NCBI RefSeq assembly: GCF_009914755.1
Contig: NC_060932.1
DNA length: 64,000 nucleotides
Origin: the human T2T-CHM13v2.0 reference genome, Homo sapiens
Strand: one strand, 5' to 3'
Below are positions 47,794 through 64,000 of this stretch, in pieces. Under the pieces are notes generated by a model. That model saw nothing but the letters and a program-made list of their open reading frames with translations. It ran no database searches and was not told the origin of the DNA. A program made the translations under genes and the position numbers. The stretch's first letter is position 1; every line of letters starts with the position of its first letter.

Positions 47794-48942
47794 AGGGACA
47801 AATTCCTACACAAAGTACCAAAGGTGACTCAAGAAGAAGCAGAAAATTTTAATAGGCCCATAGCAAGTAATGACATTGAATCAGTAATCAAAACATTTTC
47901 AACAAAGAAAATTCTAAGACCCAATGACTTCACTTGGGAATACTCCCAAATGCCTAAAGAAGGATTAACAGTCTTCTCAAACTCTTCCAAAAAATAGAAG
48001 AGAACACTTATTAACTCTTTATATGAAGCCAGTATCACCCTGATGCCAAAGCCAGGTAAAGATACTAGAAGAAAACAAAACTACAGATCAATATATCTCA
48101 TGAAGACTGATGAGAAAATTCTCAACAAAATACTACCAAATTGAATCTAGTAGCATAGTAAAAGGATTACACACCATGACCAAGTTGGATTTATTCCAGG
48201 AATGCAAGGATGATTCAACATATGGAAATAAATCCATGTAATACACCACATTAATAGAACAAAGGAGAGAAAAACATGAAAACTTCTTCATGCATAAAAA
48301 GTATTTGACAAAAGCCAATACTCTTTCATTGAAAAAAAAATTTCAACAAACTAGGACTATAAGGGAACTTCCTCAACCTGATCAAGGTCATCTATTAAAA
48401 ACCCACAGCTAATATCACACTTACTGATGAAATAGTGAAGGTTTTTTTCCCTGAGATCTGGAAAATGACACAGATGTCCACTCTCACCACTTCTGTTTAA
48501 CATTGTGCTGGAAGTTCCAGCCCAGGCAATTAAGCAAGTAAAACAATTAAAGCCATCCAAATCTGAAAAGAAGAAGTAACCCTTTTTCAGATGAACTGAT
48601 CTTATATATATAGAGAGAGAGAAAACCCTAAGGAATACACAATAAAATTTTTAGAGATAAGTGAATTCAGCAAAGTGACAGAATATAAGAACAATACACA
48701 AAAATCAGTTGTACTTCAAGACAACAGCGATGAACACTCTGAAAAGGAAATTAAGAAAATGACTCCACTTACAATATCATCCAAAATAATAAAATATCTA
48801 GGAATAAATGTCACCAAGGAGGGCAAAGACTTATACACTGAAAACCACAAAACATTGCTGAAAAAAAATTAAAGAAGACCTAAATAAATAGAAAAACATT
48901 TCACTATCATAGATTAGAAGACAATATTATTAAGATGGCAAT

Positions 48943-49415
48943 TGTATTAGGCCATTCTTAGATTGCTATAAAGAAATAGCTGAGACTGCGTAATTTGTAA
49001 AGAAAAGAGGCTTAATTGGCTCATGGTTCTGCAGGCTGTACAGGAAGCACAGTGCTGCACATCTGCTCAGCTTCTGGGAAGGCTCAGGGAGCTTTTACTC
49101 ATGGCAGAAGGTGAAGCAAGAGCAGGCACATCACATGGCAAGAGCAAGAGCAAGAAGGTGAAGCAAGAGCAGGCACATCACATGGCAAGAGCAAGAGCAA
49201 GAGAGTGTGTAGGGGAAGATGTCACACACTTTTAAACAGTCAGATCTTTCAAGTACTCACTCACTACTGCATGGACAACACCAAGGGGATAGCACTAAGC
49301 CAGTCATGAAAAATCCACTCCCATGATCCAATCACCTTCCACCTGGCCCCACCTCCAGCACTGGGGATTACAATTCAACATGAGATTCTGGGGGAACAAT
49401 ATCCAAACTATATCA
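48943..49415 (-). mobile_element. MST-type MaLR solo LTR inserted in L1 ORF2
   Basis: tgtattaggccattct...aaactatatca; perfect 5-bp TSD gcaat; internal 47-bp tandem duplication. Confidence 0.92.
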
Positions 49416-50125
49416 GCAATGTTCCCCAAATTGATCTACATATTGATCCAATCTCTGTCAAATTCTGTCATTTTGGCAGGAATAGACGAGCTGATTCTAA
49501 AATTCATAGGGAATTGATAAAGATGGAGAATATCCTAAAACAAAGATGGAAAAAGAAGAACAAAGTAGGAAAACACACAGTTCCCAATTTCAAAACTTAC
49601 AACAAAGCTACAGTAATCACAACAGTGTGGTATTGGCATAAGGATAGACAGATCAATAGAGTAGAACTGAGAGTCCAGAAATAAATTCTTACTTCTATAG
49701 CTAATTGGTTTTCAACAAGTTTGTCAAGGCCATTAAATGAGGAAAGAATCGTCTCTTCAACAAATGGTGTTGAGACAACTGGATATTTACATGCAAAAGA
49801 ATGAAATCAAACCCCTACCTTACACCATATGTAAAAATTAATTTGAAATTGATCAAAGACCTAAATGTAAGAATAAAAATGATAAAACTTTTAGAATAAA
49901 ACGTAAGTATATGTCTTCTTGACCTTTAACTAGTTTTCTTAAATATGACACCCAAAGCACAAGCAACAAAAGAAAAAATAGACAAATTGAATTTCAAAAT
50001 AACGGGCTTTTGGACATCAAGGAAACTATCAAGAAAGCATAAATGATAACCTACAGAATGGGAGAAAATATTTGCAAACACATATCTGGTAAAGGCCTAG
50101 TATCCAGAACAGAAAAAGAATTCTT

Positions 50126-52727
<2,602 letters not shown>

Positions 52728-53294
52728 AGAAAAAGAATTCTTACAACTCAAAAAGACAAGGACTTGAGTAGATATGTTGTTGGTGAAAATGTAAATGGTG
52801 CAGCCACTGTAGAAAACAGTTTGGTTGTTCCTCAAAAAGCTAAACATAGAACTACCACACAACCGAGCAATTCCACTCCCAGGTATATATCTAAGAGAAC
52901 TGAACACGAATGTTCGAATAGAAACTACACACAAATGTTCACAGCAGCATTATTCACAATAGCCAAAAGGTAGAAACAACCTAAATATTCATAAACTGTT
53001 GAATGGATAAACAAAATGTGGTATATCCATACCACAGATTACTATTCAGCCATTAAAATGTACAGAGTGTGTTACCTGCTACAACAAGACAAAGCTTGAA
53101 AACAAATGAAAGAAGCCAGACACAAAAGGCTTATCATATTACATGATTCTATTTATATGAAATGTCCAAAGTATGGAAGTCCACAGAGACAGAAAACCAA
53201 TTAGTGATCACCAGGGTCTGGTAGGAGGGGTACAAAGGAAGTGACTGCTTAATAAATATGGGGTTTCTTTTTGGAGTATTGAAAATGTTCTACA

Positions 53295-53485
53295 TTTTTT
53301 TTTTTTTGGTAGAGATGAGGTCTCTCTATGTTTCCCAAAATTAGCCAGCCATAGTGGTGCATTCCTGTGGTCCCACCTAGTCGGGAGGCTAAGGCTTGAG
53401 CCTGGGAGGTCGAAGCTGAAGTGAGCCTTCACTTCACACCACTGCACTCCAGCCTGGGTAACAGTGAGATCCTGTCTTTAAAAAG
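53295..53485 (+). mobile_element. AluJ-like element with an inverted 5' segment (53295-53336)
   Basis: Reverse-complement end of the left arm joined to a forward right arm; degenerate TSD gaaaatgttcta/ggaaatgtttta. Confidence 0.75.
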
Positions 53486-53726
53486 AAAGAAGAGAGGGAG
53501 AAAAGAAAGAAAAAGAAACAGAGATGGAAGAAAGAGACAGGAAGGAAAGAAAGAGAAAGAAAGGAGGGAGGAAGGGAGGGGAGGGGAGGGAGGGGAGAGA
53601 GAAAGAAAAAAGAAAAGGAAGGAAAGAAAAAGAAACAAAGAAAGAGAAAAGAAAGAAAAAGAGAAAGAAAGAAAAAGAAAAAGAAAGAGAAAGAAAGAAA
53701 GAAAAGAAAGAAAGAAAGGAAAGAAA

Positions 53727-53770
<44 letters not shown>

Positions 53771-53853
53771 ATAAGAGAGAGAGGGAGGGAGGGGAGGGGA
53801 AGGGAGCGGAGGGGAGAGAGGAAGGAAAGAGAGAGAGGGAAGGAAGGAAGCAA
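53486..53853 (+). repeat. Long polypurine (GAAA/GGAA/GGAG) low-complexity tract
   Basis: About 370 bp almost entirely A/G. Confidence 0.95.
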
Positions 53854-54269
53854 GGAAATGTTTTAGAATTAGTAGTTGCAGTAGCACAATCTGTGTATGT
53901 ATTAGAAGCCACTAAATTGGCATACTTTAAAATGGTTAAAATGGGGAATGTATGTTATGTGAATTTTACCTCAATTTAAGGTGTGTCTGTGTACCATCGG
54001 ATTATGTTATTCAACCTATGAATAACAGTCCATAGACCAGATTTAACACCCAGCTCCAACCAAATCCAAATCCAACCATTTGAATGAGGGCAAAAATTTT
54101 AGCCTCTGAGTCTCAGTTTCGTATATAAAAATGGGGTTGATAATAATGCCTGCCTTATAGAGTCCTTAGGATTAAATGAGCTAACAAAAGTAAAGAATAT
54201 ATCATGAGCCCTAGAATATAATAAATTCTCAACAAATACATAAACAGATGCACAGAAAATAGATAGCTA

Positions 54270-54822
<553 letters not shown>

Positions 54823-55576
54823 CTAATTTAAAAACCTCTGTCTCCTACCGTAACCTCTTTCCTTTGACATCATTTTCTCCATTTCCTCCCACATTTCTTT
54901 GATCTCATCGACATCCCAAAAACAATGACATTTCTACTTTTTTTTACCCAGCACATTCCTTCCATCAAGCTACAATTCCATAGTCTAGCAAATGCATTTG
55001 CTGTCTTACAAATACCTTCAGCTCCTTGACCTTCTCCTTCCACAGCAGAACCTGAACTCTGCACAGATCCAATATCCACCTTACCTCCTCTATGCCTTGA
55101 ACTTGAAACATTGGTTATTACTGGAGAAAAACACCCAGTTAAGCAGAATGGTAACAGGTCAAATTAGTAGTGACCAACCTCAAATTTACACTCAACCATG
55201 CCCAGAAATTTTCTTAAATTTCCTCTACTAAACCCTTCTCCCATTCTCCATTAGGATTTCATACCTCTCCACTCCACTAAAACTCTGACGTCCTGTTCCA
55301 TGTAGCCTCAATTGATCATTCCTCACACTTCATGAAGAATACAGAACCCATCAAGTACCAAATCATCCCTCGTATTTTAACCACCAATTCTCCATCTGCA
55401 ACTACAGTCTTCTTTTTCCGTCTATTACATAGAAATGCCTTTCCCATAATGAAAGTCATACTTCTCCATCTCTGCTCTAGATTGAATCCTCTTTTCACTC
55501 AGGGCCTTGCCGTGCACCAAGGTGTGAATATGGTGATCTGGGGGTTTTCTTTTACTTTTACATAAGTGATTATGGG

Positions 55577-56200
55577 GCCAGGCATGGTGGCTCATGCCTG
55601 TAATCTCAGCACTTTGGGAGGCCGATGTCAGAGGATCACTTGAGTCCAGGAGTTTGAGACCAGCCTGGGCAACAAAGTGAGACCCCCATCTCTAAAAATA
55701 AATAAATACAATATAATAAATAAAAGAAGCTACCATGGATTACTTACATAGTTTTTAAGGAAGAAATTAAGAGGGAGGTGTAATCCATTGTCATCAGAGA
55801 GTTCTGGCATCCTTGGAGAGGCTCTAACACTACATTGTCATTTCAGGTCAACATTCAGCCACCAATTCGGTTTTGGGGTAGGAATAGAAACTAAATTCTG
55901 CAGCCGGGTGCGGTGGCTCACACCTGTAATCCCAGCAACTTGGGAGGCCAAGGCAGGCAGATCATGAGGTCAGGAGATCGAGACCATCCTGGCCAACACG
56001 GTGAAACCCCGTCTCTACTAAAAATACAAAAATTAGCCAGGTGTGGTGGCACGCGCCTGTAGTCCCAGCTACTCAGGAGGCTGGGGCAGGAGAATGGCAT
56101 GAACCCAGGAGGCGGAGGTTGCGGTAAGCTGAGATCACGCCATTGCACTCCAGCCTGGCAACAGAGCGAGACTGTCTCAAAAAAAAAAAAAAAAAAAAAA
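55577..56200 (+). mobile_element. FLAM (55577-55725) and AluSc/Y-like element (55902-56200)
   Basis: Second has gagatcgagaccatcctgg and gagaatggcatgaacc; TSD aaattctgc. Confidence 0.9.
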
Positions 56201-57052
56201 TTCTGCCCACCAGAGAAGCTGAGTAAACAAGTCTCATAAAGATCACAGGAAGTGCTACAGAATGTAGTTAACTATCTCTTGTGAAATAACAGGCCATATA
56301 TCTCAAGTCTCTCCCATAGCTGACTTAATTGTTGCTAATTTTCTAATTTACCTAAATCACAAAAGTGAAATCAGAGAGATTACCTAATGACTGATCTGTT
56401 CGAAGACGAGTGAATTCAAAAGGCTTCAGCAGCACTGGAGAGCCTCGGGTGTGGGGAGGGCTCACCTCCGCAGGGCCACTTTTTCTTGTCAACGAATCAC
56501 ACAGTCAAATTACAGGAGAAAGTGACAGGAATTCGGCTAAATTCCAACTCCCGGCCTCAGAAGGTTATTCATCAACCCTGCAGCAGCAGCTCTCTGTCTG
56601 GCAGGGGAGGTTTCCTCTAATTATGTATCGCTCCCTGCGGGCCACCCGGCAGGACCTTTATTTTCTTCACAGTTATTAATCAGCTATCCAGTGTTAACAA
56701 GAAGATCAGATCCAGAAGTATGCAAATCCACCCTCAATTCTTTCTCCTAATCACTCAGCAGGCCACCTTAGGAGCTCGCTAATGAGCTGACCATCTGAAA
56801 GCCTCCTGCTAACTACCAAGTCTCCTATTCTTAATGATCACTTCCAAAATGGGATATTTTTGTTTCAAATACATAGGCCTATTCAATACCCTGAAATATA
56901 TAACTTTTCAGCAACTTTCTGGCAAAACTTATCTAAATTAGGCAATGCTAAAACTGACTAAATTATAATAAAACCGAAGAAATGTCCAATGGGGAATTCA
57001 AATTCAACACCTGGGGACCTTCCTAACCCCAGAGACTGAGTCCCAATCTTTG

Positions 57053-57083
<31 letters not shown>

Positions 57084-57151
57084 GAGCAGCGTCGCACTCT
57101 GTCGCCCAGGCTGGAGTGCAGTGGGGTGATCTCGGCTCACTGCAACCTTGC

Positions 57152-57759
57152 TGATACCACTCCAATGACTGGAGGAATACCAGGGTCCTCGGTCTCGTGC
57201 CGGTTTAAATAAAACGGACACTCGTGGAGTGGTTTTAAGGATCGAAAAGTTTCATAGGCAAGAAAGAAGGAAGAAGAAAACAGCTCCCCCGTATAGAGAC
57301 AGAGGGAGGGGTATTCAAACAAAGAGTAAACTCCGTGTGCGGCAGAAAAGTGGCTGCTTATAGGAAGAGGCCGGAGGAGGTGGTGTCTGATTTCCATAGG
57401 GCCCACCAGGTGTGTCATTTACATAACCCAAGAAAAACCTGGCCCTCCCACCTTAGCCCCGTAACATACAAAGGCAGGTCGCCATGATGTTCTGAACATA
57501 TGGTGTTATCTGGAGGTGGCCATGACAATTGCTACACCTGGTGACAAGGAAAAGATGGCAGGAATCGCCATATTGAGTGAACCCAGTTTCTAATGGCCTG
57601 TATTTGCATATTAAAGCTTGCTGGCCCAACCCTTCAAGCCACCATTTCTGTTAGAAAAGAGATGGTTCAGGGATTGTTTCTTATTCCAGGAAAATTTCCA
57701 CCGAGAACCTTTACCCTTACTATCTGCCTAAAAATTATTTCTTAATAACTCCTGTATCA
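57152..57759 (-). mobile_element. ERV1-class solo LTR (LTR9/MER61-like group, subfamily uncertain) inserted into an Alu (57058-57972, minus)
   Basis: TGATAC...GTATCA inverted termini; the Alu is split at gcaacc|..|ctcctggg; 4-bp flanks ttgc/tcac. Confidence 0.75.
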
Positions 57760-58120
57760 TCACCTCCTGGGTTCAAGTGATTCTCCTGCCTCAGTCTCCC
57801 AAGTAGCTGGGATTACAGGTGGCCACCACCATGCCCGGCTAATTTTTGTATTTTTAGTAGAGATGGAGTTTCAACCATGTTGGCCAAACTGGTCTCAAAC
57901 TCCTGACCTCAGGTGATCCTCCTGCCTCAGCCTCCCAAAGTACTCACAGGCATGAGCCACTGCACCCCGCCCCAATCTGTGTTTCTATTATCAAAGTCTC
58001 ATCCTTTGAATGTGTCTTCCTCTAACAACTTCAAAATAGGATCCCTGTTCTGAAGTAAGTATTACATTGAGCCTTACAAAACTACCAATCTAATAATTTT
58101 TTATCTACAAACATGGCGAT

Positions 58121-58532
58121 TGTCAGGCCTCTGAGCCCAAGGTAAGCCATCATATCCCCTGTGACCTGCACGTACACATCCTGATGGCCAGTTCCTGCCT
58201 TAACTGATGACATTCCACCACACAAGAAGTGAAAATGGCCTGTTCCTGCCTTAACTGATGACATTGTCTTGTGAAATTCCTTCTCCTGGCTCATCCTGGC
58301 TCAAAAGCTCCCCTACTGAGCACCTTGTGACCCCCACTTCTGCCCACCAGAGAACAACCCCCCTTTGACTGTAATTTTCCTTTATCTACCCAAATCCTAC
58401 AAAACGGCTCCACCCTTATCTCCCTTCGATGACTCTCTTTTCGGACTCAGCCCACCTGCACCCAGGTGATTAAAAGCTTTATTGCTCACACAAAGCCTGT
58501 TTGGTGGTCTCTTCACACGGACGCGCATGAAA
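58121..58532 (+). mobile_element. LTR7 (HERV-H) solo LTR
   Basis: tgtcaggcctctgagcccaag...2x gttcctgccttaactgatgacatt...ggtctcttcacacggacgcgcatgaaa; perfect 5-bp TSD gcgat. Confidence 0.95.
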
Positions 58533-58687
58533 GCGATTTTGTGGTTCAACTTAATATACTGGCCCTCAGAGTCTTTTGGAAAGGGATTGAGTTTTTTTAA
58601 GCATACAAATAAAGAATAATAATAATAAATGTAATAACTAACATTATTGAAGCATTCATTTAACCCTCACAACATTTAACACTCTCA

Positions 58688-59020
<333 letters not shown>

Positions 59021-59485
59021 GGTTGAGTACTCTTCTCAAGGTCACAGACTGGCAAAGGCTAGATTCAACACAGGCTTGTCTGATACACAGCCATTAACCA
59101 CTGTGCTGTATTTTCCGAAAAGTTTTTGTTGATAATGAAGGGACTCCCTCTGACCCCATATACTTTTCTAGGCATTGAAACGTTTACTTCTTCCACTGAG
59201 ATCCCATAAGGGATAAAGTTGCACATGGGCACTAAGGGTGAGTCTACTGTAGGCAAAATAGGTATTGTGTGGGTGCACACATGTGCACATGCAGCATGCT
59301 CCTGTGGAAGTGTGTGCCATGTATGGAAATTAGGCTATGATCGTATGGTATGGACAACGACCTTTGATAGATTAGAATACTGAAGATTTCTAATTTTATG
59401 AACAGGACAGACTCAATGTCTTGAAAACTCTCCCACCATTAACACAGAGGAATGCCAGATGTAACATCCATTTGAATGCATAGCA

Positions 59486-59700
59486 ACCAGCTGCGGTGGC
59501 TCATGCCACCCCATCTCTACTAAAACTACAAAAATTAGCCAGGCATGGTGGTACATGCCTGTAATCCCAGCTAATCAGGAGGCTGAGGCAAGAGAATTGC
59601 TTGAACCTGGGAGGCAGAGGTTGCGGTGAGCCGAGATTGCACCACTGCACTCCAGCCTGGGTGACAGAGTGAGACTCTGTGGAAAAAAAAAAAAAAAAAA
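59486..59700 (+). mobile_element. Alu with a large internal left-arm deletion
   Basis: gtggctcatgcc joined directly to accccatctctactaaa; TSD catttgaatgcatag. Confidence 0.85.
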
Positions 59701-62003
59701 GTAAAAACATTTGAATGCATAGTTAAGCTTACAAGAAAGTAGGAGAAATCCCCAGAGCTCAGCAATGAAGATTTGGTTTCTGAAAACCAGAGCATTATGC
59801 GAGTGAGCTGATGTGGCAACTAACCTGGATTGGTCGGGTTTATCTCCAACTTACGAAACGTTAGGAATTTGGTTTTAACATGTACACAATGATAAAGTGA
59901 AAGATCTTGAGACTGCCAAGTAGGAAGCTGAAGTAAGACCCACCCATCCTCCCTCCCCTGACTCCACATACAGCACAGGAAGAGTGGACTAGAAAAATAT
60001 CTCTCTACCAGCATAACGAAATGACGTAGAAGTTTGTCTCTTCTGGCCTACCTAGACTCTGAATAGAAAAAGAAAAAAAAAGAAAAAAAATTAGTTTCCT
60101 CATCGGAAAGTCAATTATGGGTCAATGCCATGTGAGGACCCAGGAACCCCCAAGCCAAAAAATTAACACATAAATAGATCCTAGGATGGCTACATCACTG
60201 GAGCACCTGGCAGAAGAAAACCACACAGGAGGGACACACTCACCACCATTCTTACAAATAGAGCCCTGCTGAAGATGAACTCATAACATACAATCACACA
60301 ACTCAGTACTTAATAATCCATCGTGAGCAAGAGCCAGCAGAAGTAACAAGCATGTAATAAAGTTCATTAGACTCTCAGAGCTTCAGGTTCCTGAATAATC
60401 AAATGAAGATGATAAAACAATTAAAGACATAAAGGAGAAAAGTAAACATAGAAGACAGTATAGAAAGGAAAAAAAAACTTCTGAAATGAAAAATGGAATC
60501 ACTGAAACAGAAAACCCATTAGTCAAATTTGGCATCAGCTTAGACACAACTGAAAAGAGAAGAGTAGACTATGATAGGGCTCAGGAAATTGCCCAGAATG
60601 CAAAAGAAATAAAACACGGAAAGGGTTCAAGAGAGTTTAAGAGACACAGAAGAGAGAATGAGAAAATAAATATATATCTAATGGGAATTCCAGCAGAAAC
60701 AAAGAGATGTGAGAGAGGTAATATTCAAAGAACAAATGGCTGAGAATTTTCTAGAATTAATGAAAGACATGAATCCTCAGATTCAGGAAGTATAATACAA
60801 AAAGTACCAAGTGGGAAATACAGAAATAAATCTATACCTTGTCACATTATAATAAACAGCAAAACACCAAGACAACAAGAAAATTTTAAACACCAAAAAA
60901 AAGTAGATTACCTACAAAGGAATGACAAACAGCAGACTTAACAACAACAGAAACCAAAAACACAATATCTTCAAAGTGTAAAATTATAATTATCATCTAG
61001 GATTCTCTGCAGATAAAGGAGATAAACTATCACTAAAGAATGAAGGCAAACTAAAGACATTTTAAAGCAAACAAAGAATAAGAGAGTTGACCTCTGTCAA
61101 ACTTTGGCTGAGAGGAATCCTAAAAGACATAATTTAGGAAGAAGGAAAAGAGGGCTGAGTGCAGTGGCTCGTGCCTATAATCCCAGCACCTTGGGAAGCT
61201 AGGGCAAGAGGATTGCTTGAGGCCAGGAGTTCCAGACTAGCCTGGGCAACACAGCAAGACCCTGTCTCTACAGAAATATTTAAAAATTACCCTGGCATGG
61301 CAGCATGCACCTGTAGTCCCAGCTACTCAGGAAGCTGAGATGAGAGGACCGCTTCAGCCCAGGAATTCCGGGCTATAGTGAGCCATGATCACGCCACTGC
61401 ACTCCAATTTGGGCCACAGAGAGAGATCCTGTCTCTAAAATGGGAGGGAACAGAGAGAGAGGGAGGGAGGGAGGGAGCCCAGAGGAAAGGAATAAGATGC
61501 AAATGTGTCAAATGTGGGTAAATCTAAGTAAGCATTGCTCATATAAAACAATAAAAAGTAACAAATTTGTGGAGGAAACAAAACATTGTGAAACTAGAAT
61601 ATTAGCTATGAATAACCTATTATTGGGACTGTTTCAAGAAGATTATTTTCTAGTTCTAGAGGAGGCTGGTGATGCTGATCAATTTCAGCCTGTCTTAAAT
61701 CAAGACGCAAGTTAAATGTAAGAAATAGAAATTGAATGCATGATGTCGTTAGTTAAAAAGAAAAATGTGAATTTAAAAAAACACACTTAAAGCAAGACAA
61801 AAAAGGAGCAAAGAAAAAGCATAGTAAATAGAAAGCACAAAAGAGGACAGGAAGAAATCTAAACATGTAAATAATTGCAATAAATGCAAATGGATAAAAT
61901 TCATTATTAATAGAGAATCAGCCTTTCAGAATTCATGTATGGCTGGATATGGTGGTTCATGCCTGTAATCCCAGCACTTTGGGAGGCCGAGGCAGGCAGA
62001 TCA

Positions 62004-62324
<321 letters not shown>

Positions 62325-62564
62325 TTACAAGTAAATATCATCGAAACTACTGATAGAGCTATGTTAATATTTTAAATAAGACTTTAAGTCCAAAAGAATT
62401 ATTATGAAAAAGTAGATGAATGATACACCACCAAAAACATATAACAATTCTGAACATGTACTCAACTAATAACAGTATCAGAATATGAAGTAAACATGAG
62501 TAAAATTAAAAGGAAAGTTTTTAAACCCATTGTGAAACTGGGAAATTTTAACAAAAGTACCTCA

Positions 62565-63060
<496 letters not shown>

Positions 63061-63077
63061 TATCAAGCTAATTTATT

Positions 63078-63258
63078 TTTTTCTCTGATTTTCTTTTTTT
63101 TCTTTTTTTTATTTTTTTTTATTATACTTTAAGTTCTAGGATACATGTGCACAACGTGCAGGTTTGTTACATATGTATACATGTGCCATGTTGGTGTGCT
63201 GCACCCATTAACTCGTCATTTACATTAGGTATATCTCCTAATGCTATCCCCCCTCCCC
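63078..63258 (-). mobile_element. Short 5'-truncated L1PA 3' end
   Basis: ttattatactttaagttctaggatacatgtgcacaacgtgcaggtttgttac...; TSD aatttatt. Confidence 0.92.
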
Positions 63259-63540
63259 AATTTATTAACATATATAAAATATATAAAGTGTGTGTGTGTA
63301 TATATATATACCACAGACAAAAATCAGCAAATACATGTGCTATTAAAACATAAACAGAATACTTTAGAGTATTTGAACATGTATTTGGTCTCAAAGTAAA
63401 TCTCAAAAAGTTTTAACAAGCCAATCCTAACAAGATTCAAATAAACTGGAAACCAATAACAAAAAAGTAACAAAAAAATTATATAAAGAAATGTTAAAAT
63501 ACGCTTCTAAATAACTCTTATTTTTTTATTTACTTTTTAA

Positions 63541-63829
<289 letters not shown>

Positions 63830-64000
63830 TAAATCTTAAGTCAAAAAAAAAGTATAATGGAAATTAGAAAATAGTATGCATCAAAACGTATAAGATGCCG
63901 CTAAAGTTCTGCTTAGGAAAAAATGCATAGATGTCATTGATCATAATTGAAAAAAATAAAAATGACAATAGGGGAGCTAAACTTCATATATGTTATATAT

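Overview
Primate, most likely human, intergenic DNA that is mostly interspersed repeats: about 40 Alu copies, two long old L1s, L2/MIR/CR1/MER5 relics, a MADE1 and about ten solo LTRs (MLT2A, THE1/MST, MER4, MER9, LTR7 and others). There is no intact protein-coding gene; almost every ORF in the supplied track is an Alu, L1 or simple-repeat translation. The one gene-derived feature is a full-length processed MAP2K1 (MEK1) pseudogene (50126-52727, +; probably MAP2K1P1). It sits inside an old L1 between perfect 15-bp target-site duplications (TSDs). I found no convincing new biological system. The best leads are: (1) the pseudogene carries TGT at codon 130, the same change as the recurrent pathogenic MAP2K1 Y130C allele; (2) its 5'UTR survives as a CpG island; (3) a ~97% identical inverted 235-bp copy of an old Alu (36132-36366 vs 44442-44674) sits at an L1 truncation junction; (4) a templated insertion in an Alu was copied from 4 kb away; (5) an Alu has a twin-priming-type 5' inversion. 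Repeat subfamily names and comparisons with MAP2K1 come from recalled consensus sequences, not from a database search.
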